Below, one piece after another: positions 9,753 to 20,259 of a stretch of DNA of 36,312 nt. The position numbers were made by a program, and so were the translations under genes. This DNA comes from Thermotogota bacterium (GTDB taxonomy: Bacteria > Thermotogota > Thermotogae > Petrotogales > Petrotogaceae). The notes under the pieces were generated by a model. It saw nothing but the letters and a program-made list of their open reading frames with translations, did no database searches and was not told where the DNA came from. The stretch is from contig JBNJGY010000016.1 in assembly GCA_051748045.1 (NCBI GenBank), positions 1-36,312 on the forward strand. The letters are read 5' to 3'. The number at the start of each line of letters is the position of its first letter. The stretch's first letter is position 1.

Positions 9753-9786
9753 TTATAATTACCCCCTAATTATCTAATTTATATAT

Positions 9787-9815
9787 TTGACAACAAAAAA
9801 AATTATTGATATCAT
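9787..9815 (+). promoter_or_regulatory. SigA-type promoter of the hrcA operon
   Basis: TTGACA (9787-9792), 17 bp, TATCAT (9810-9815) with extended TG. Confidence 0.85.
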
Positions 9816-9819
9816 ATCA

Positions 9820-9846
9820 TTAGCACTCAATAAAAAGGAGTGATAA
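9820..9846 (+). promoter_or_regulatory. CIRCE operator (HrcA-binding site)
   Basis: TTAGCACTC-N9-GAGTGATAA, one mismatch to TTAGCACTC-N9-GAGTGCTAA; overlaps the hrcA RBS. Confidence 0.95.
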
Positions 9847-9851
9847 TTAAA

Positions 9852-10859
9852 ATGGGGATGAAGCTTTCAAAAAGACAAAAAGATGTCTTATTGAGTATAG
9901 TTGAACTGTATTCAAAGAATACAAAACCTGTAAGCTCTGATGATGTAATTCAAAACTCAGGAATAAAAGCTTCAAGCGCAACAATAAGAAATGATATGCA
10001 AAAATTACAACATCTATCATATATTTACCAACAACATACAAGTGGGGGAAGAATACCCACTGATAAAGCATTAAAATTATATTTTGAAATTATAGAAGAG
10101 GCATATGGAGAAGAACAAAATTATTTAGAAATGCCAAGAGATTACAAATTCTATGATTTGAATATAATGTTTGAAAATTTATCAGAAATTATTTCTTCTA
10201 CACTTAGTGGTTTAGTTATATTTGAATATCCTGATCCAAAGTATATCTATGTAACAAGAACAGTTGTTACCCCACTGACAGAATATCATTATGTTGTAAT
10301 TTTACTGACTAATTTAGGAATGACTATTTCCAGAACAGTTGAATCATACGGGCTACCTAATGCCAAAGAGCTAGAGAATATGCTGAATGAAGGATTGGCT
10401 GGTAAATCATTATATGAAATTATCTACGCATCCAGAACACAAAAATTAAAAACAGAAGACATAAGACTGACCAACATGTTCAATTTAATAGAAGTGTTAT
10501 TGAATGAATTTTCTAGAAATAAATACCTAATAAAAGGTCTGGAAAAAATAATAAACAAGTTCAAACCTAATATAGAAAGCGTTGATAGTTTAACTAAAAT
10601 AATTGAAAATGATGAAATAAAAGATGAAATTTTCAATAACTTAGAATATACTCATGATTTGAATATATTTTTTGGTTCTGAATTAAAAACAAAATCTTTA
10701 AAAAACTATGCCTTTTTCAGTACTTCATATAGTTTAGGGTCAAATCCTATAGGAAGAATGCTGTTTATTACAGATAAATTTTGCAACTATGAAAAAATAT
10801 ATAAAATCATAAAAGAATATAATTCTCGCTTCTCTGAAATTATATCAAAAAACTTATAG
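9852..10859 (+). CDS. hrcA: Heat-inducible transcription repressor HrcA
   Basis: LSKRQKDVL, PVSS, SSATIRNDM, HTSGGRIPTDK motifs. Start moved from GTG 9840 to ATG 9852 for RBS spacing (9858 also possible). Confidence 0.95.
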   Translation: MGMKLSKRQKDVLLSIVELYSKNTKPVSSDDVIQNSGIKASSATIRNDMQKLQHLSYIYQQHTSGGRIPTDKALKLYFEIIEEAYGEEQNYLEMPRDYKFYDLNIMFENLSEIISSTLSGLVIFEYPDPKYIYVTRTVVTPLTEYHYVVILLTNLGMTISRTVESYGLPNAKELENMLNEGLAGKSLYEIIYASRTQKLKTEDIRLTNMFNLIEVLLNEFSRNKYLIKGLEKIINKFKPNIESVDSLTKIIENDEIKDEIFNNLEYTHDLNIFFGSELKTKSLKNYAFFSTSYSLGSNPIGRMLFITDKFCNYEKIYKIIKEYNSRFSEIISKNL

Positions 10860-10913
10860 TAAACGAAATTTTTGAATAAAAATATAGATTAAAGCATGTG
10901 GAGGTGCATTTTT

Positions 10914-11603
10914 ATGGATAAAAAAAATAAGAATAAATTAAATAAAAAAGAAAAAAAATTAAAAGAAAAAGAAGAAAAAAAGAGAAAAGAAGATAAAGAA
11001 AAAAAAGAATCTAAAGAAGAAAAGGATAGTGAAAAAGAAGAAGTGTTATATCAAAATCTACCAAAAGAAGAATTGATCGAATTGATGGAAAAAATCGAAG
11101 AAGAAAATGCAGAGATAAAAAAAGAAATGGAAAAATATAAAGAAGCTGCAATAAACTTAAAAGATAAATTTGATCATTATCAACAAATAGTTGAAAAAGA
11201 GAAAAAAGAATTGAAAAAAAGTACGAAAGAAAAAATAATTAAGAATTTTTTAAAACCTTTTGAAAAAATGACATTATCAATGAACTATAAAGATGATCCA
11301 CAATTTGTGAAAGCAATTGAAATGGTTCATAAAGATTTTAAAAATTCTTTTGAAAAATCAGATCTAGAATTTATTATTCCAGATAAAGGTACAGCATTTG
11401 ATCCATTTGAACATGATGTAGCAGATAAAATAGAAACAGATGAAATAAAAGAATACCACATACATTCAATACAAAACCCTGGTTATAAATTGGAAGGAAA
11501 AATAATTGAGCCTGCCAGAGTAATTGTTGCGGTTAAACCTAAAAAAAAGGTTGAAAAGGAAGAAAAAAATAATGAGGAAATAAAAAAAGAGGGTGATGAA
11601 TAA
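10914..11603 (+). CDS. grpE: Nucleotide exchange factor GrpE
   Basis: Long coiled coil, FDPFEHD, PGYKL.GKIIEPARVIVA; lies between hrcA and dnaJ. Start set at ATG 10914 after GGAGGTG. Confidence 0.92.
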   Translation: MDKKNKNKLNKKEKKLKEKEEKKRKEDKEKKESKEEKDSEKEEVLYQNLPKEELIELMEKIEEENAEIKKEMEKYKEAAINLKDKFDHYQQIVEKEKKELKKSTKEKIIKNFLKPFEKMTLSMNYKDDPQFVKAIEMVHKDFKNSFEKSDLEFIIPDKGTAFDPFEHDVADKIETDEIKEYHIHSIQNPGYKLEGKIIEPARVIVAVKPKKKVEKEEKNNEEIKKEGDE

Positions 11604-12754
11604 TGCCTCAAAAAAAAGACTATTATAAAACACTGGAAATAGACAAGAGTGCATCACAAGAAGAGATAAGAAAAGCTTATAGAAAGATGGTAAAAAAATG
11701 GCATCCTGATAGACATCAAGAAAATAAACAAGCAGCTGAAGATAAATTTAAAGAAGTACAAGAAGCATATGAAGTTTTAAGTAATCCTGAAAAAAGAAAA
11801 CTATACGATAGATTTGGTTTTATACCAGAAGGTGGCGGATACCAACAAAGAGGTGGCCAACCTGGTGGCGGAGGAGTTGAAGATATTTTTAAAGACTTCT
11901 TCGGGGGTGGATCAGGAAACTTTGGAGAAGCTGGTGGAGGATTCGGAGATTTCTTTGATATGTTCTTTGGGTCTGAAAGAAGTTCTTCCTCCAGAGGTTC
12001 AAGAAGAGGAAAAAGACCAGAAAGAGGACAAGATATTCATGCCACGATATCTTTAGATTTACATGAAGTTTTATATGATGTCAAAAAAACAATTGAGTAT
12101 GATAGATATGAGCCATGTAATGCTTGCAACGGAACTGGTGCAGAAAATGGAGCGTCATATTCAAGATGTCCAAGATGTAATGGGCAAGGACAAATAAATG
12201 AAGAACAAAGAACATTTTTTGGAACATTTGTAAAAACTTATACATGCCCAACCTGTAATGGACAAGGGAAAATAATAGATAAAAAATGTTCAAAATGTAG
12301 CGGTAATGGAAAAATTCATAAAAAAGAAAAGCTTAATATAACAATCCCTTCTGGTGTTGAAGATGGATATGTATTAAGACTAAGAGAAAAAGGTAATGCA
12401 GGTAAAAATGGTGGACCTGCTGGAGACTTGATTATACACGTAAAAGTAAATCCAAATAAAAATTTTGTTAGAAAAGGTGCTGATCTTGAAACACAAATTA
12501 CAGTTGATTATGTAGAAGCGGCATTAGGAACAGAAGTAAAAATCCCTACACTTGAAGGTGAAATAGTAGAAAAAATACCTGAAGGCACTAATCCAGGTAC
12601 AGTAATTAGACTCAAAAATCTTGGAATGCCAAACTTTTCAGGTAAAAAAAGAGGAGACATTTACGTGAAAATAAAAGTAAAAATAGATAAACCAGGATTA
12701 CGAGAGAAAAAACATCTAAAAGACTTAGCCAAATTAAAGAAAATAAATATTTAA
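11603..12754 (+). CDS. dnaJ: Chaperone DnaJ (class A)
   Basis: J domain with HPD, G/F-rich region, four CxxCxGxG zinc-finger repeats. Confidence 0.98.
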   Translation: MPQKKDYYKTLEIDKSASQEEIRKAYRKMVKKWHPDRHQENKQAAEDKFKEVQEAYEVLSNPEKRKLYDRFGFIPEGGGYQQRGGQPGGGGVEDIFKDFFGGGSGNFGEAGGGFGDFFDMFFGSERSSSSRGSRRGKRPERGQDIHATISLDLHEVLYDVKKTIEYDRYEPCNACNGTGAENGASYSRCPRCNGQGQINEEQRTFFGTFVKTYTCPTCNGQGKIIDKKCSKCSGNGKIHKKEKLNITIPSGVEDGYVLRLREKGNAGKNGGPAGDLIIHVKVNPNKNFVRKGADLETQITVDYVEAALGTEVKIPTLEGEIVEKIPEGTNPGTVIRLKNLGMPNFSGKKRGDIYVKIKVKIDKPGLREKKHLKDLAKLKKINI

Positions 12755-12774
12755 ATTATAAAAGGGGGTAGGAA

Positions 12775-13677
12775 ATGAATAAATTAATGAAGAAAGTAAA
12801 TATGAAAAAAGAAATATTTGATTATTCAATAATAACTGTTGGTACACTTTTGACAGCAATAGGTATAGTATTATTCCTAGTCCCTTATAATATAGTTGCT
12901 GGTGGTGTTAGCGGTCTTGCGATTGTTATGAACGAACTTTTTGGTTGGTGGGTAGGTTTACAGATGTTAGTATACAATGTATTCTTATTCGCTTTAGGTT
13001 TTAAGTTGTTAGGATTAGGTTTTGGAGTTAAAAGCATATATTCTGCAATTGCATTATCTGTTTTTACTGATCTATCTCAACAGGTCTTCAAATTAAACGA
13101 AGTTTTACCTAATGTTATGACTCAAACTCAAAATCCAGGTTTAGATATGATGCTTATGACAGCGGTATATGGAGCAATAGTAACAGGAGCTGGAATGGGT
13201 TTAGTCATTTGGCGAGGGGCTACAACGGGTGGAACAGATATACTAGCAATAATATTCAATAAATATTTTAATGTTTCAGTAGGAACTGGTCTTTTATTAG
13301 CAGATTCAGTAATAACAGCCTCAGCAATATTGATTAGTCCAATTTTACCAATGTACGGAATAATAACTATATTTATAATGGCAAAGACTATAGACGGTAT
13401 TGTGACCGGATTAGAGTCAACAAAAACAGTTTTGATTATAAGCGATTATCATGATAGAATTAAGGAGATGGTATACCAAGACTTAGACAGAGGTTTGACT
13501 TATCTAAAGGCTTCTGGAGGATATACTCAAAAAGAAAAAAACGTCTTGATGGTTACTATATCTAGATCCGAAGTTGGTATGCTCAAAAATTATTTACATG
13601 AAATAGATGAAAATGCTTTTGTAATAATATTACCTAACAACGAAGCGTTAGGATATGGTTTTAAAAAGATTAAATAA
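12775..13677 (+). CDS. YitT (DUF161/DUF2179) family membrane protein
   Basis: IVAGGVSGLA, ATTGGTDILA, RGLTY...GGYT, IDENAFVI motifs. Confidence 0.9.
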   Translation: MNKLMKKVNMKKEIFDYSIITVGTLLTAIGIVLFLVPYNIVAGGVSGLAIVMNELFGWWVGLQMLVYNVFLFALGFKLLGLGFGVKSIYSAIALSVFTDLSQQVFKLNEVLPNVMTQTQNPGLDMMLMTAVYGAIVTGAGMGLVIWRGATTGGTDILAIIFNKYFNVSVGTGLLLADSVITASAILISPILPMYGIITIFIMAKTIDGIVTGLESTKTVLIISDYHDRIKEMVYQDLDRGLTYLKASGGYTQKEKNVLMVTISRSEVGMLKNYLHEIDENAFVIILPNNEALGYGFKKIK

Positions 13678-13699
13678 ATAAAGGTAGGTGCATGACAGA

Positions 13700-15052
13700 G
13701 TGGATGACCCCCAAAGTAGCGAACTGATTTACTCGCTTTTAGCAATATTGGTGTTACTTGTATTATCTGGTTTTTTTTCCGGTTCAGAAACAGCAATGAC
13801 TTCCTTGGGAAGAGGTAAACTAAAGGATTATTTAGAAAAAGAAGAGGATGAAAAACAAAAAAAGAAATTAGAAAAATTTATGCATAAGCCAAATCAATAT
13901 TTAACAACTATTCTTATAATGAATAACATTGTTAATATTTTGGCTTCTTCTTTAACTACAGTTTTTGTTATGAATCTTTTCCCGGGTTCAAAAGGAACAT
14001 CAGTAGGGATAGCAACCGGTTTTATGACTTTGTTAATATTGATATTTGGTGAAATTACACCAAAAGTTTTTGCTAGAGAAAACAAAGAAAAATTCTTTGC
14101 TTTTGTCTTTAAACCCATAAATTTATTCAACACTATATTGGCCCCAATAGTATGGGTTTTAGTGAAAATCACAAATGTTGTTATAAAAGCTCTTGGTGGG
14201 GAAAAGATAGATCAAGCTCCTCCATTTATTACAGAAAGTGAAATCATGACATATCTTGATATGGGTCATGAAGAAGGGGTTATAGAAAAGTATGAAAAAT
14301 ATTTAATGCAAAGATCTCTTGAAATGAGAGATACATCAGTTAAAGAAATAATGACCCCGAGAGTAGAGATTGTTGCCATGGAAGATGATGAAACTTTAAT
14401 CGACTTAATACAAACAATCAATGAAGAAGGATATTCAAGATTTCCTGTGTTCAGAGAATCTATGGATACAATAATTGGAGTATGTTATGCAAAAGATATA
14501 TTCAAACTTTTGGACAAAACAAATGATTTAAGTGGTTTGAAAACTAAAACAATAACAAATTTAATACATAAACCATCGTTTGTACCTATTACAATGAAAA
14601 TAAACGATGTTTTAAAATTATTCTTAGCAAACCATACTCATATGGCTATAGTAGTAGATGAATATGGTGGTACTGCAGGACTAGTAACTTTAGAAGATAT
14701 TATTGAAGAATTAACTGGAGAAATATTAGATGAATATGATGATTTGGTTGAAGAATCAAATATATCAAGAATAGATGAGTACAGTTTGTTAGTTAACGGC
14801 TCAACACCAATAAATGATATAGAAAGAGAACTAGATGAAGATTTTCCCGAAACAGAGTTTGAAACAATAGGAGGTTTCTTATTAGAGCAGTTAGAAAGGT
14901 TTCCTAAACCGGGAGAAAATATAATATTTGAAGATTTTGAATTTGAAGTTATTTCTGTTACTGTAAACAGAATAGATAAAGTAAAAGTTACCTACTTGAA
15001 TCATAGCGAACAATTTGAAGGTGATGGAGAAAATGAACAAGCAATTAGTTGA
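13700..15052 (+). CDS. HlyC/CorC (CNNM) family membrane protein with CBS pair
   Basis: SGFFSGSETA, FGEITPK, EIMTPR, YSRFPV, VVDEYGGTAGLVTLEDIIEE, ETIGG motifs. Start probably GTG 13700 after AGGTG (ORF track uses 13688). Confidence 0.92.
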   Translation: MDDPQSSELIYSLLAILVLLVLSGFFSGSETAMTSLGRGKLKDYLEKEEDEKQKKKLEKFMHKPNQYLTTILIMNNIVNILASSLTTVFVMNLFPGSKGTSVGIATGFMTLLILIFGEITPKVFARENKEKFFAFVFKPINLFNTILAPIVWVLVKITNVVIKALGGEKIDQAPPFITESEIMTYLDMGHEEGVIEKYEKYLMQRSLEMRDTSVKEIMTPRVEIVAMEDDETLIDLIQTINEEGYSRFPVFRESMDTIIGVCYAKDIFKLLDKTNDLSGLKTKTITNLIHKPSFVPITMKINDVLKLFLANHTHMAIVVDEYGGTAGLVTLEDIIEELTGEILDEYDDLVEESNISRIDEYSLLVNGSTPINDIERELDEDFPETEFETIGGFLLEQLERFPKPGENIIFEDFEFEVISVTVNRIDKVKVTYLNHSEQFEGDGENEQAIS

Positions 15053-15437
15053 TAAATTATATAAAAAAGCATTAGAAGTCAGAGAAAATGCTTATGTTCC
15101 ATATTCTAACTTCAAAGTAGGCGCAGCATTATTAACCGAAGATGATGAAATATATCTAGGGGCAAATGTTGAAAATGCTTCATATGGATTAAGCATATGT
15201 GCTGAAAGAAACGCTATTTTTAAAGCAAATTCAGATGGAAAAAGGAAATATAAAGCATTAATGGTAGTTGCTGAAACAGAAGGCCCTGTTAGCCCTTGTG
15301 GAGCTTGTAGACAAGTGATGACAGAGTTTGGTGATTACAAAGTTTATTTGGCTAATTTAAAAGGAGATATAAAAGAAACTTCTACTTCTGAATTATTGCC
15401 TTATAATTTCAATAAGGAGGATATGGATGAAAAATAA
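15033..15437 (+). CDS. cdd: Cytidine deaminase (homotetrameric type)
   Basis: AYVPYSNFKVGAA, NVENASY, CAER, PCGACRQ, LLP.F motifs; start at ATG 15033. Confidence 0.96.
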   Translation: MNKQLVDKLYKKALEVRENAYVPYSNFKVGAALLTEDDEIYLGANVENASYGLSICAERNAIFKANSDGKRKYKALMVVAETEGPVSPCGACRQVMTEFGDYKVYLANLKGDIKETSTSELLPYNFNKEDMDEK

Positions 15438-16581
15438 TGAAGAGGATCAGTACAAAGTCCTTGTCATAGACGATTCTTATATAAATAGAGTTTTCATTCA
15501 AAAACTTATAAAAACTAGCCTTCCAAATTATGAATATATAGAAGCAGATTCAGGAGTTTTGGGCATTAAAAAAGCAAAAGAAGAAAAGCCAGATGTAATT
15601 TTGCTTGATGTTATGATGCCTGATTTAGATGGTTATGAAGTATGTAAGAGAATAAAAAATCAAGAAAATTTAAAAGAAATACCTATTATATTTGTCAGTG
15701 CTCTTAATGAAATAGATGATAAAACAAAAGGCTTTGAAGTTGGTGGAGTTGATTATATAACTAAACCAGCCCATTCAAAAGAAATAATTGCTAGAATAAA
15801 AACACATTCTGAGCTATATAGAATACAACAAGCATTAAAAGAATATATTACAAAAGTAAACAGAGACTTGAATATGGCTCAAAAGTTTCAAAGAGAAATG
15901 CTCCCAACAAAAGAAAATTTTGATGGGTTAAAAATGAAATGGCATTTTCAACCATCTTTCAACGTTTCAGGTGATATTTTTGGAATTATTGAAAAAGAAA
16001 ATGAAACTTTTGTTTATATAGTAGATGTATCGGGACATGGAGCAGCATCAGCAATGCTTTCACTTATGATAAAAAGAGAAGTTGAAAGTATAATAATAGA
16101 TAAAAATCATAGTGATTTAAGAGAAATACTATTTCAACTAGACGACAAGGAAAAATCTCTTTTTTCTGATGGAGTCTATTTTACAGCAGCATTTATAAAG
16201 ATTGAAGACGATAAAATAACAATTTGTAATGCTGGCCATAGGTCACCTATTTTATATAAAAAAGGCGAAATAAAAACTTTTGAGAATAATAATTTCCCTT
16301 TAGGAATGGGATTGATTCAAAATAAAAGAAATATATTATTAGATGAATACGAATTTATAAAAGACGATATATTTATAATGTTTACAGATGGTTTAGTTGA
16401 AGCAGAAAATAAAAATGGTGTTCAGTTTGATGATGAAAATATATTGAAAGTCTTAAAAGAAAATAATGATGAAAAAAATATAGCTGAAATAATTGATAAA
16501 ATAAGAAAAAAGTTTTTGAATTTCTTAAATGAAGAGAAACCTGAAGATGATATAACATTATTAGTAGGTAAAAAAATATAA
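15427..16581 (+). CDS. Response regulator receiver fused to a PP2C/SpoIIE (RsbU-like) phosphatase
   Basis: REC domain (VIDD, LLDVMMP, DYITKP) plus SGD, DVSGHG, NAGH, FTDGL.E, EDDIT motifs. Confidence 0.92.
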   Translation: MKNNEEDQYKVLVIDDSYINRVFIQKLIKTSLPNYEYIEADSGVLGIKKAKEEKPDVILLDVMMPDLDGYEVCKRIKNQENLKEIPIIFVSALNEIDDKTKGFEVGGVDYITKPAHSKEIIARIKTHSELYRIQQALKEYITKVNRDLNMAQKFQREMLPTKENFDGLKMKWHFQPSFNVSGDIFGIIEKENETFVYIVDVSGHGAASAMLSLMIKREVESIIIDKNHSDLREILFQLDDKEKSLFSDGVYFTAAFIKIEDDKITICNAGHRSPILYKKGEIKTFENNNFPLGMGLIQNKRNILLDEYEFIKDDIFIMFTDGLVEAENKNGVQFDDENILKVLKENNDEKNIAEIIDKIRKKFLNFLNEEKPEDDITLLVGKKI

Positions 16582-16593
16582 TACATTAAAAAT

Positions 16594-16621
16594 AGCCTTA
16601 ATTTATTTAAGGCTTTTTTTT
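16594..16621 (+). terminator. Intrinsic terminator
   Basis: AGCCTTAA-tttat-TTAAGGCT followed by a T run, 12 bp after the stop codon. Confidence 0.8.
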
Positions 16622-16635
16622 AAAAGCTTTGTCTT

Positions 16636-16663
16636 CTAACAACCAACAACAATAAACTAACAA
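16636..16663. repeat. Heptamer tandem tract CTAACAA-CCAACAA-CAATAAA-CTAACAA
   Basis: Four imperfect 7-mers ending 15 bp upstream of repeat copy 2. Confidence 0.6.
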
Positions 16664-16678
16664 CTGCAAATTTTAATA

Positions 16679-16721
16679 TGTCATCTCGACTAAGATGCGT
16701 AGCATCGCATGGAGAGATCTC
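16679..16721 (+). repeat. 43-bp TGTCA-headed palindromic (REP-like) repeat, copy 2
   Basis: TGTCATCTCGACTAAGATGCGTAGCATCGCATGGAGAGATCTC; 4 differences from copy 1. Confidence 0.92.
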
Positions 16722-16783
16722 GTTTTTAGTTAAATTAAAATTTGCTACCCTCCAATTAACTAAAATATTTAAGAGGTGTTTTT

Positions 16784-17335
16784 ATGAAATATTATGAAAA
16801 AGAATTGAATAAAAATGTTATTTTTGAAGGAAACATAATAGACATGGAAAAATACGACATAGAATTGCCAAATAAAAAGAGAGCAACTCGAGAAGTGATA
16901 AGACATCCCGGGGCAGTTGGTATACTTGTTATAGATGATGAAAATAAAATATGGTTAGTTGAACAATATAGATTTCCTATCTCAAATACTCTTCTCGAAA
17001 TACCTGCTGGAAAAATAGATAAAGGAGAATCTCCTGAAAAAACAGCAAAAAGAGAACTCCAAGAAGAGACAGGAATTATTTCAGAGGATTTAATTTCTTT
17101 GGGTAAAATATACACTACTCCAGGATTTTCTGATGAAGTAATATATCTTTTCTTAGCAAAAAATATAACTATATCTGCACAAAATTTAGATGAAGATGAA
17201 TTTTTAGATATAATTAAATTAGACTTCATAGATTTTAAAAATAAAATCCTAAATAACGAAATCACAGATTCAAAAACATTGGCTGCTTTAGCCAGATATG
17301 AATTATTAATACAATCACAGGAGGGAAATATATGA
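16784..17335 (+). CDS. nudF: NUDIX hydrolase, ADP-ribose pyrophosphatase type
   Basis: [34 protein letters not shown] Nudix box, TPGFSDE motifs. Confidence 0.88.
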   Translation: MKYYEKELNKNVIFEGNIIDMEKYDIELPNKKRATREVIRHPGAVGILVIDDENKIWLVEQYRFPISNTLLEIPAGKIDKGESPEKTAKRELQEETGIISEDLISLGKIYTTPGFSDEVIYLFLAKNITISAQNLDEDEFLDIIKLDFIDFKNKILNNEITDSKTLAALARYELLIQSQEGNI

Positions 17336-18792
17336 CGAGAACTAGATTTGCGCCAAGTCCTACAGGATATTTACATGTTGGTGGGGCTAGAACAGCTTTA
17401 TTCAATTTTTTATATTCAAAACACGAAAAAGGCACTTTTGTTTTAAGAATAGAAGATACTGATATAGAAAGATCAACAATAGAATCAGAAAATCAACTTA
17501 TAGATGCCATGACTTGGTTGGGACTCGATTGGGATGAGGGGCCTAAACAGGAAGGTGAATATGGTCCTTATAGACAATCTGAAAGAAAAGAAATATACAG
17601 AGAAAAAGCAACGGAATTGATAGAAAGAGGAAAAGCCTATGAAGCATATATTTATCCAGAAGAAATGGATAAAATAAAAGAAGATTTATTATCCCAAGGT
17701 AAACCACCTCATTTCACTGAAGAAATGATTTCTCAATTTAATTCCGAACAAAGAAAAGAAGAATATATGAGAAAATATAAACACCCAGTTGTTTTCTTTA
17801 AAATGCCTAGAAAGGATTATGTCTTAAATGATCTTATAAAAGGTGAAGTTACATTTAAAAATGGCGCAGTTGGTGATTTTATTTTAATCAGAAGTAATGG
17901 TCTTCCAACATACAATTTTGCAGTTGTTGTAGATGATATGTTGATGGAAATATCCCATGTTGTTAGAGGAGATGACCATTTATCAAACACACTACGACAA
18001 ATAGCAGTTTATGAAGCATTTGAAGTTGAAGTGCCTAATTTTGCACATGTTTCTATGATTTTAGGGCCAGATGGCAAAAAATTATCCAAAAGACATGGTG
18101 CAACTTCCGCTGAAGAATTTAGGAATAGAGGATATCTTCCAGAAGCAGTTCTAAATTATTTAGCTCTTTTAGGTTGGTCACATCCAGAAGGAAAAGAAAT
18201 CTTAACTCTAAACGAAATCATAGAGAATTTCACTTTTGATAGAGTAAATTCAAGTCCAGCAGTATTTGATGAAAAGAAATTGAAATGGATGAATGGAAAC
18301 TACATAAGAAACGCAGATACAGAAAGAATATTCAAGTTATCGATCCCTTTCATTACAAAAGCAGAAGTATTATCTGAAGAACAATGTGAAGATAACAAAA
18401 AGTGGCTTAAAGAAGCTATAGAGTTAGTTAAAACTTCTGTTGAAGAATTATCTCAAGTTCCAGATGAAATTTCTATTTTTATAAATAATTTCGAACAAGA
18501 ATTAGACAATGAAGAATTCATAGAATATTTAAAAGCTGATGGTGTAAAAGAAGCTTTAAGAATAGCTCTAGAAAAATTTAATAACGATACAGATTGGACA
18601 GTTCAAACTGTATTAGAAAATTTAAAAGTCGCCATGAAAGAAGCTAAGCCAGCTAAAAAAGCTTTTTATATGGCGTTAAGAAAAACTTTAACAAATCAAT
18701 TTCACGGTCCTGATCTTGTAAAAGCAGTTCATCTAATAGGGAGGGCTAGAGCTATAGAAAGATTAGAGATGGTGATAGAAAATGAATATTAA
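17332..18792 (+). CDS. gltX: Glutamate--tRNA ligase
   Basis: [36 protein letters not shown] motifs. Confidence 0.97.
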   Translation: MTRTRFAPSPTGYLHVGGARTALFNFLYSKHEKGTFVLRIEDTDIERSTIESENQLIDAMTWLGLDWDEGPKQEGEYGPYRQSERKEIYREKATELIERGKAYEAYIYPEEMDKIKEDLLSQGKPPHFTEEMISQFNSEQRKEEYMRKYKHPVVFFKMPRKDYVLNDLIKGEVTFKNGAVGDFILIRSNGLPTYNFAVVVDDMLMEISHVVRGDDHLSNTLRQIAVYEAFEVEVPNFAHVSMILGPDGKKLSKRHGATSAEEFRNRGYLPEAVLNYLALLGWSHPEGKEILTLNEIIENFTFDRVNSSPAVFDEKKLKWMNGNYIRNADTERIFKLSIPFITKAEVLSEEQCEDNKKWLKEAIELVKTSVEELSQVPDEISIFINNFEQELDNEEFIEYLKADGVKEALRIALEKFNNDTDWTVQTVLENLKVAMKEAKPAKKAFYMALRKTLTNQFHGPDLVKAVHLIGRARAIERLEMVIENEY

Positions 18793-20194
18793 GATTTATG
18801 ATAGTTTAAAAGGACAATTAGTAGATTTCAAGCCAATAAAAGAAGACACAGTTACTATTTATGTTTGTGGTCCAACTATATACAATTACTTTCATGTGGG
18901 AAATGCAAGACCTATGATTGTTTTTGATGCTTTTAGAAGATTTTTAGAATTTGTTGGATACAAAGTAGTTATGGCCCAAAATTTTACAGATATTGACGAT
19001 AAGTTGATAAACAAAGCAAAAGAAGACGAAACAACTATCGATGTAATAGCAAATAGATTTATCAACGAATATTATAGAGATGCACTAAAATTAGGAGTAA
19101 GAAATGCAAATTTTCATCCAAAAACAACAGATTATGTTCCTCAAATAATAGATTTTATAAAAGATTTAATAGATAAAGGGTTTGCATATGAATCTGAAAA
19201 TCATGATGTTTATTTTAACGTTAGAAAATTTGAAAAATACGGTGAATTATCTCATAGAAAAGTAGATGATATGAGAACTGGAACAAGAATTGAAGTGAAT
19301 GATGATAAAAAAGACCCGTTGGATTTCACTTTATGGAAAGCTTCGAAAGAAGGAGAGCCTTCTTGGGAATCTCCTTGGGGAAAAGGTAGACCAGGATGGC
19401 ATATAGAGTGTTCTGTAATGTCAACAGAAATTTTGGGAGATACTTTTGATATTCATGCTGGAGGAAATGATCTTATATTCCCCCATCATGAAAATGAAAG
19501 AGCTCAATCATGTGCAAAAACAGGAAAAGAATTTGCAAACTACTGGATGCACAATGGAATGATAAAATCTTCTGGCGACAAAATGTCAAAATCAATTGGA
19601 AATATTTGGCTAGTAAGAGAACTTTTGGAAAATTTTGATGCTGATACAGTAAAATTTTTTATCTTATCTAAACATTATAGAGCTCCATTAGAGTTTTCAG
19701 AAGAAGGATTAATCTCACAAAATAAATCTGTAATAAGAATAAAAGAAACTATAAAAAATATTGAAAATAAATACGATAACTATGTTCCAAACATAACTCA
19801 TTCTGATTATATGAGAAATATAATTAATGAAATTACAAATTTTTTATCTGATGACTTTAATACTCCAAAAGTAATTGCAAAGATTTTTGATCTTTCAAAG
19901 GAATTAAATAAAGCAATAAACGAAAACAATGAAGAAAAGACTCTTGAAATATACCATTTGATAAAAAATATTATAGGACCAATTTTAGGACTTTTTGAAG
20001 CCCCAGAAAAAAATAATACCAATGAAGATATTGTTGATTTTTTAATTCAAGAACATATAGATATCAGAAACAAAGCTAGAAAGAATAAAGACTTTGAAAC
20101 TGCTGATAAAATAAGAGATGATTTAAATAAAAAAGGAATTGTTCTAAAAGATACACCGGAGGGAACTAAATATAATATAAAAGATACATTATAA
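18782..20194 (+). CDS. cysS: Cysteine--tRNA ligase
   Basis: [38 protein letters not shown] motifs. Confidence 0.98.
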   Translation: MNIKIYDSLKGQLVDFKPIKEDTVTIYVCGPTIYNYFHVGNARPMIVFDAFRRFLEFVGYKVVMAQNFTDIDDKLINKAKEDETTIDVIANRFINEYYRDALKLGVRNANFHPKTTDYVPQIIDFIKDLIDKGFAYESENHDVYFNVRKFEKYGELSHRKVDDMRTGTRIEVNDDKKDPLDFTLWKASKEGEPSWESPWGKGRPGWHIECSVMSTEILGDTFDIHAGGNDLIFPHHENERAQSCAKTGKEFANYWMHNGMIKSSGDKMSKSIGNIWLVRELLENFDADTVKFFILSKHYRAPLEFSEEGLISQNKSVIRIKETIKNIENKYDNYVPNITHSDYMRNIINEITNFLSDDFNTPKVIAKIFDLSKELNKAINENNEEKTLEIYHLIKNIIGPILGLFEAPEKNNTNEDIVDFLIQEHIDIRNKARKNKDFETADKIRDDLNKKGIVLKDTPEGTKYNIKDTL

Positions 20195-20217
20195 TTTTTT
20201 AATATCAAGTTAATTAG

Positions 20218-20226
20218 TGATATAAT
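20218..20226 (+). promoter_or_regulatory. Extended -10 element upstream of cheX
   Basis: TGaTATAAT about 33 bp before the start codon; no clear -35. Confidence 0.55.
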
Positions 20227-20259
20227 TGAATGTATATATATTCTCCGGAGGTGTTCTTA

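Noticed and set aside
10914-11045. A-rich low-complexity tract at the grpE 5' end
   Set aside because: In-frame Lys/Glu-rich disordered N-terminus, usual for GrpE; not a frameshift or repeat element.
16622-16783. T-box leader for gltX-cysS
   Set aside because: No AAGGTGGNACC T-box or terminator/antiterminator; nudF precedes gltX and all three genes overlap.
16792-17265. 157-aa antisense ORF inside nudF, and the other short ORFs nested in mur, hrcA, dnaJ, cysS, mmtA, zwf, opu and hppA genes
   Set aside because: Shadow ORFs of well-supported genes, with biased composition and no motifs.
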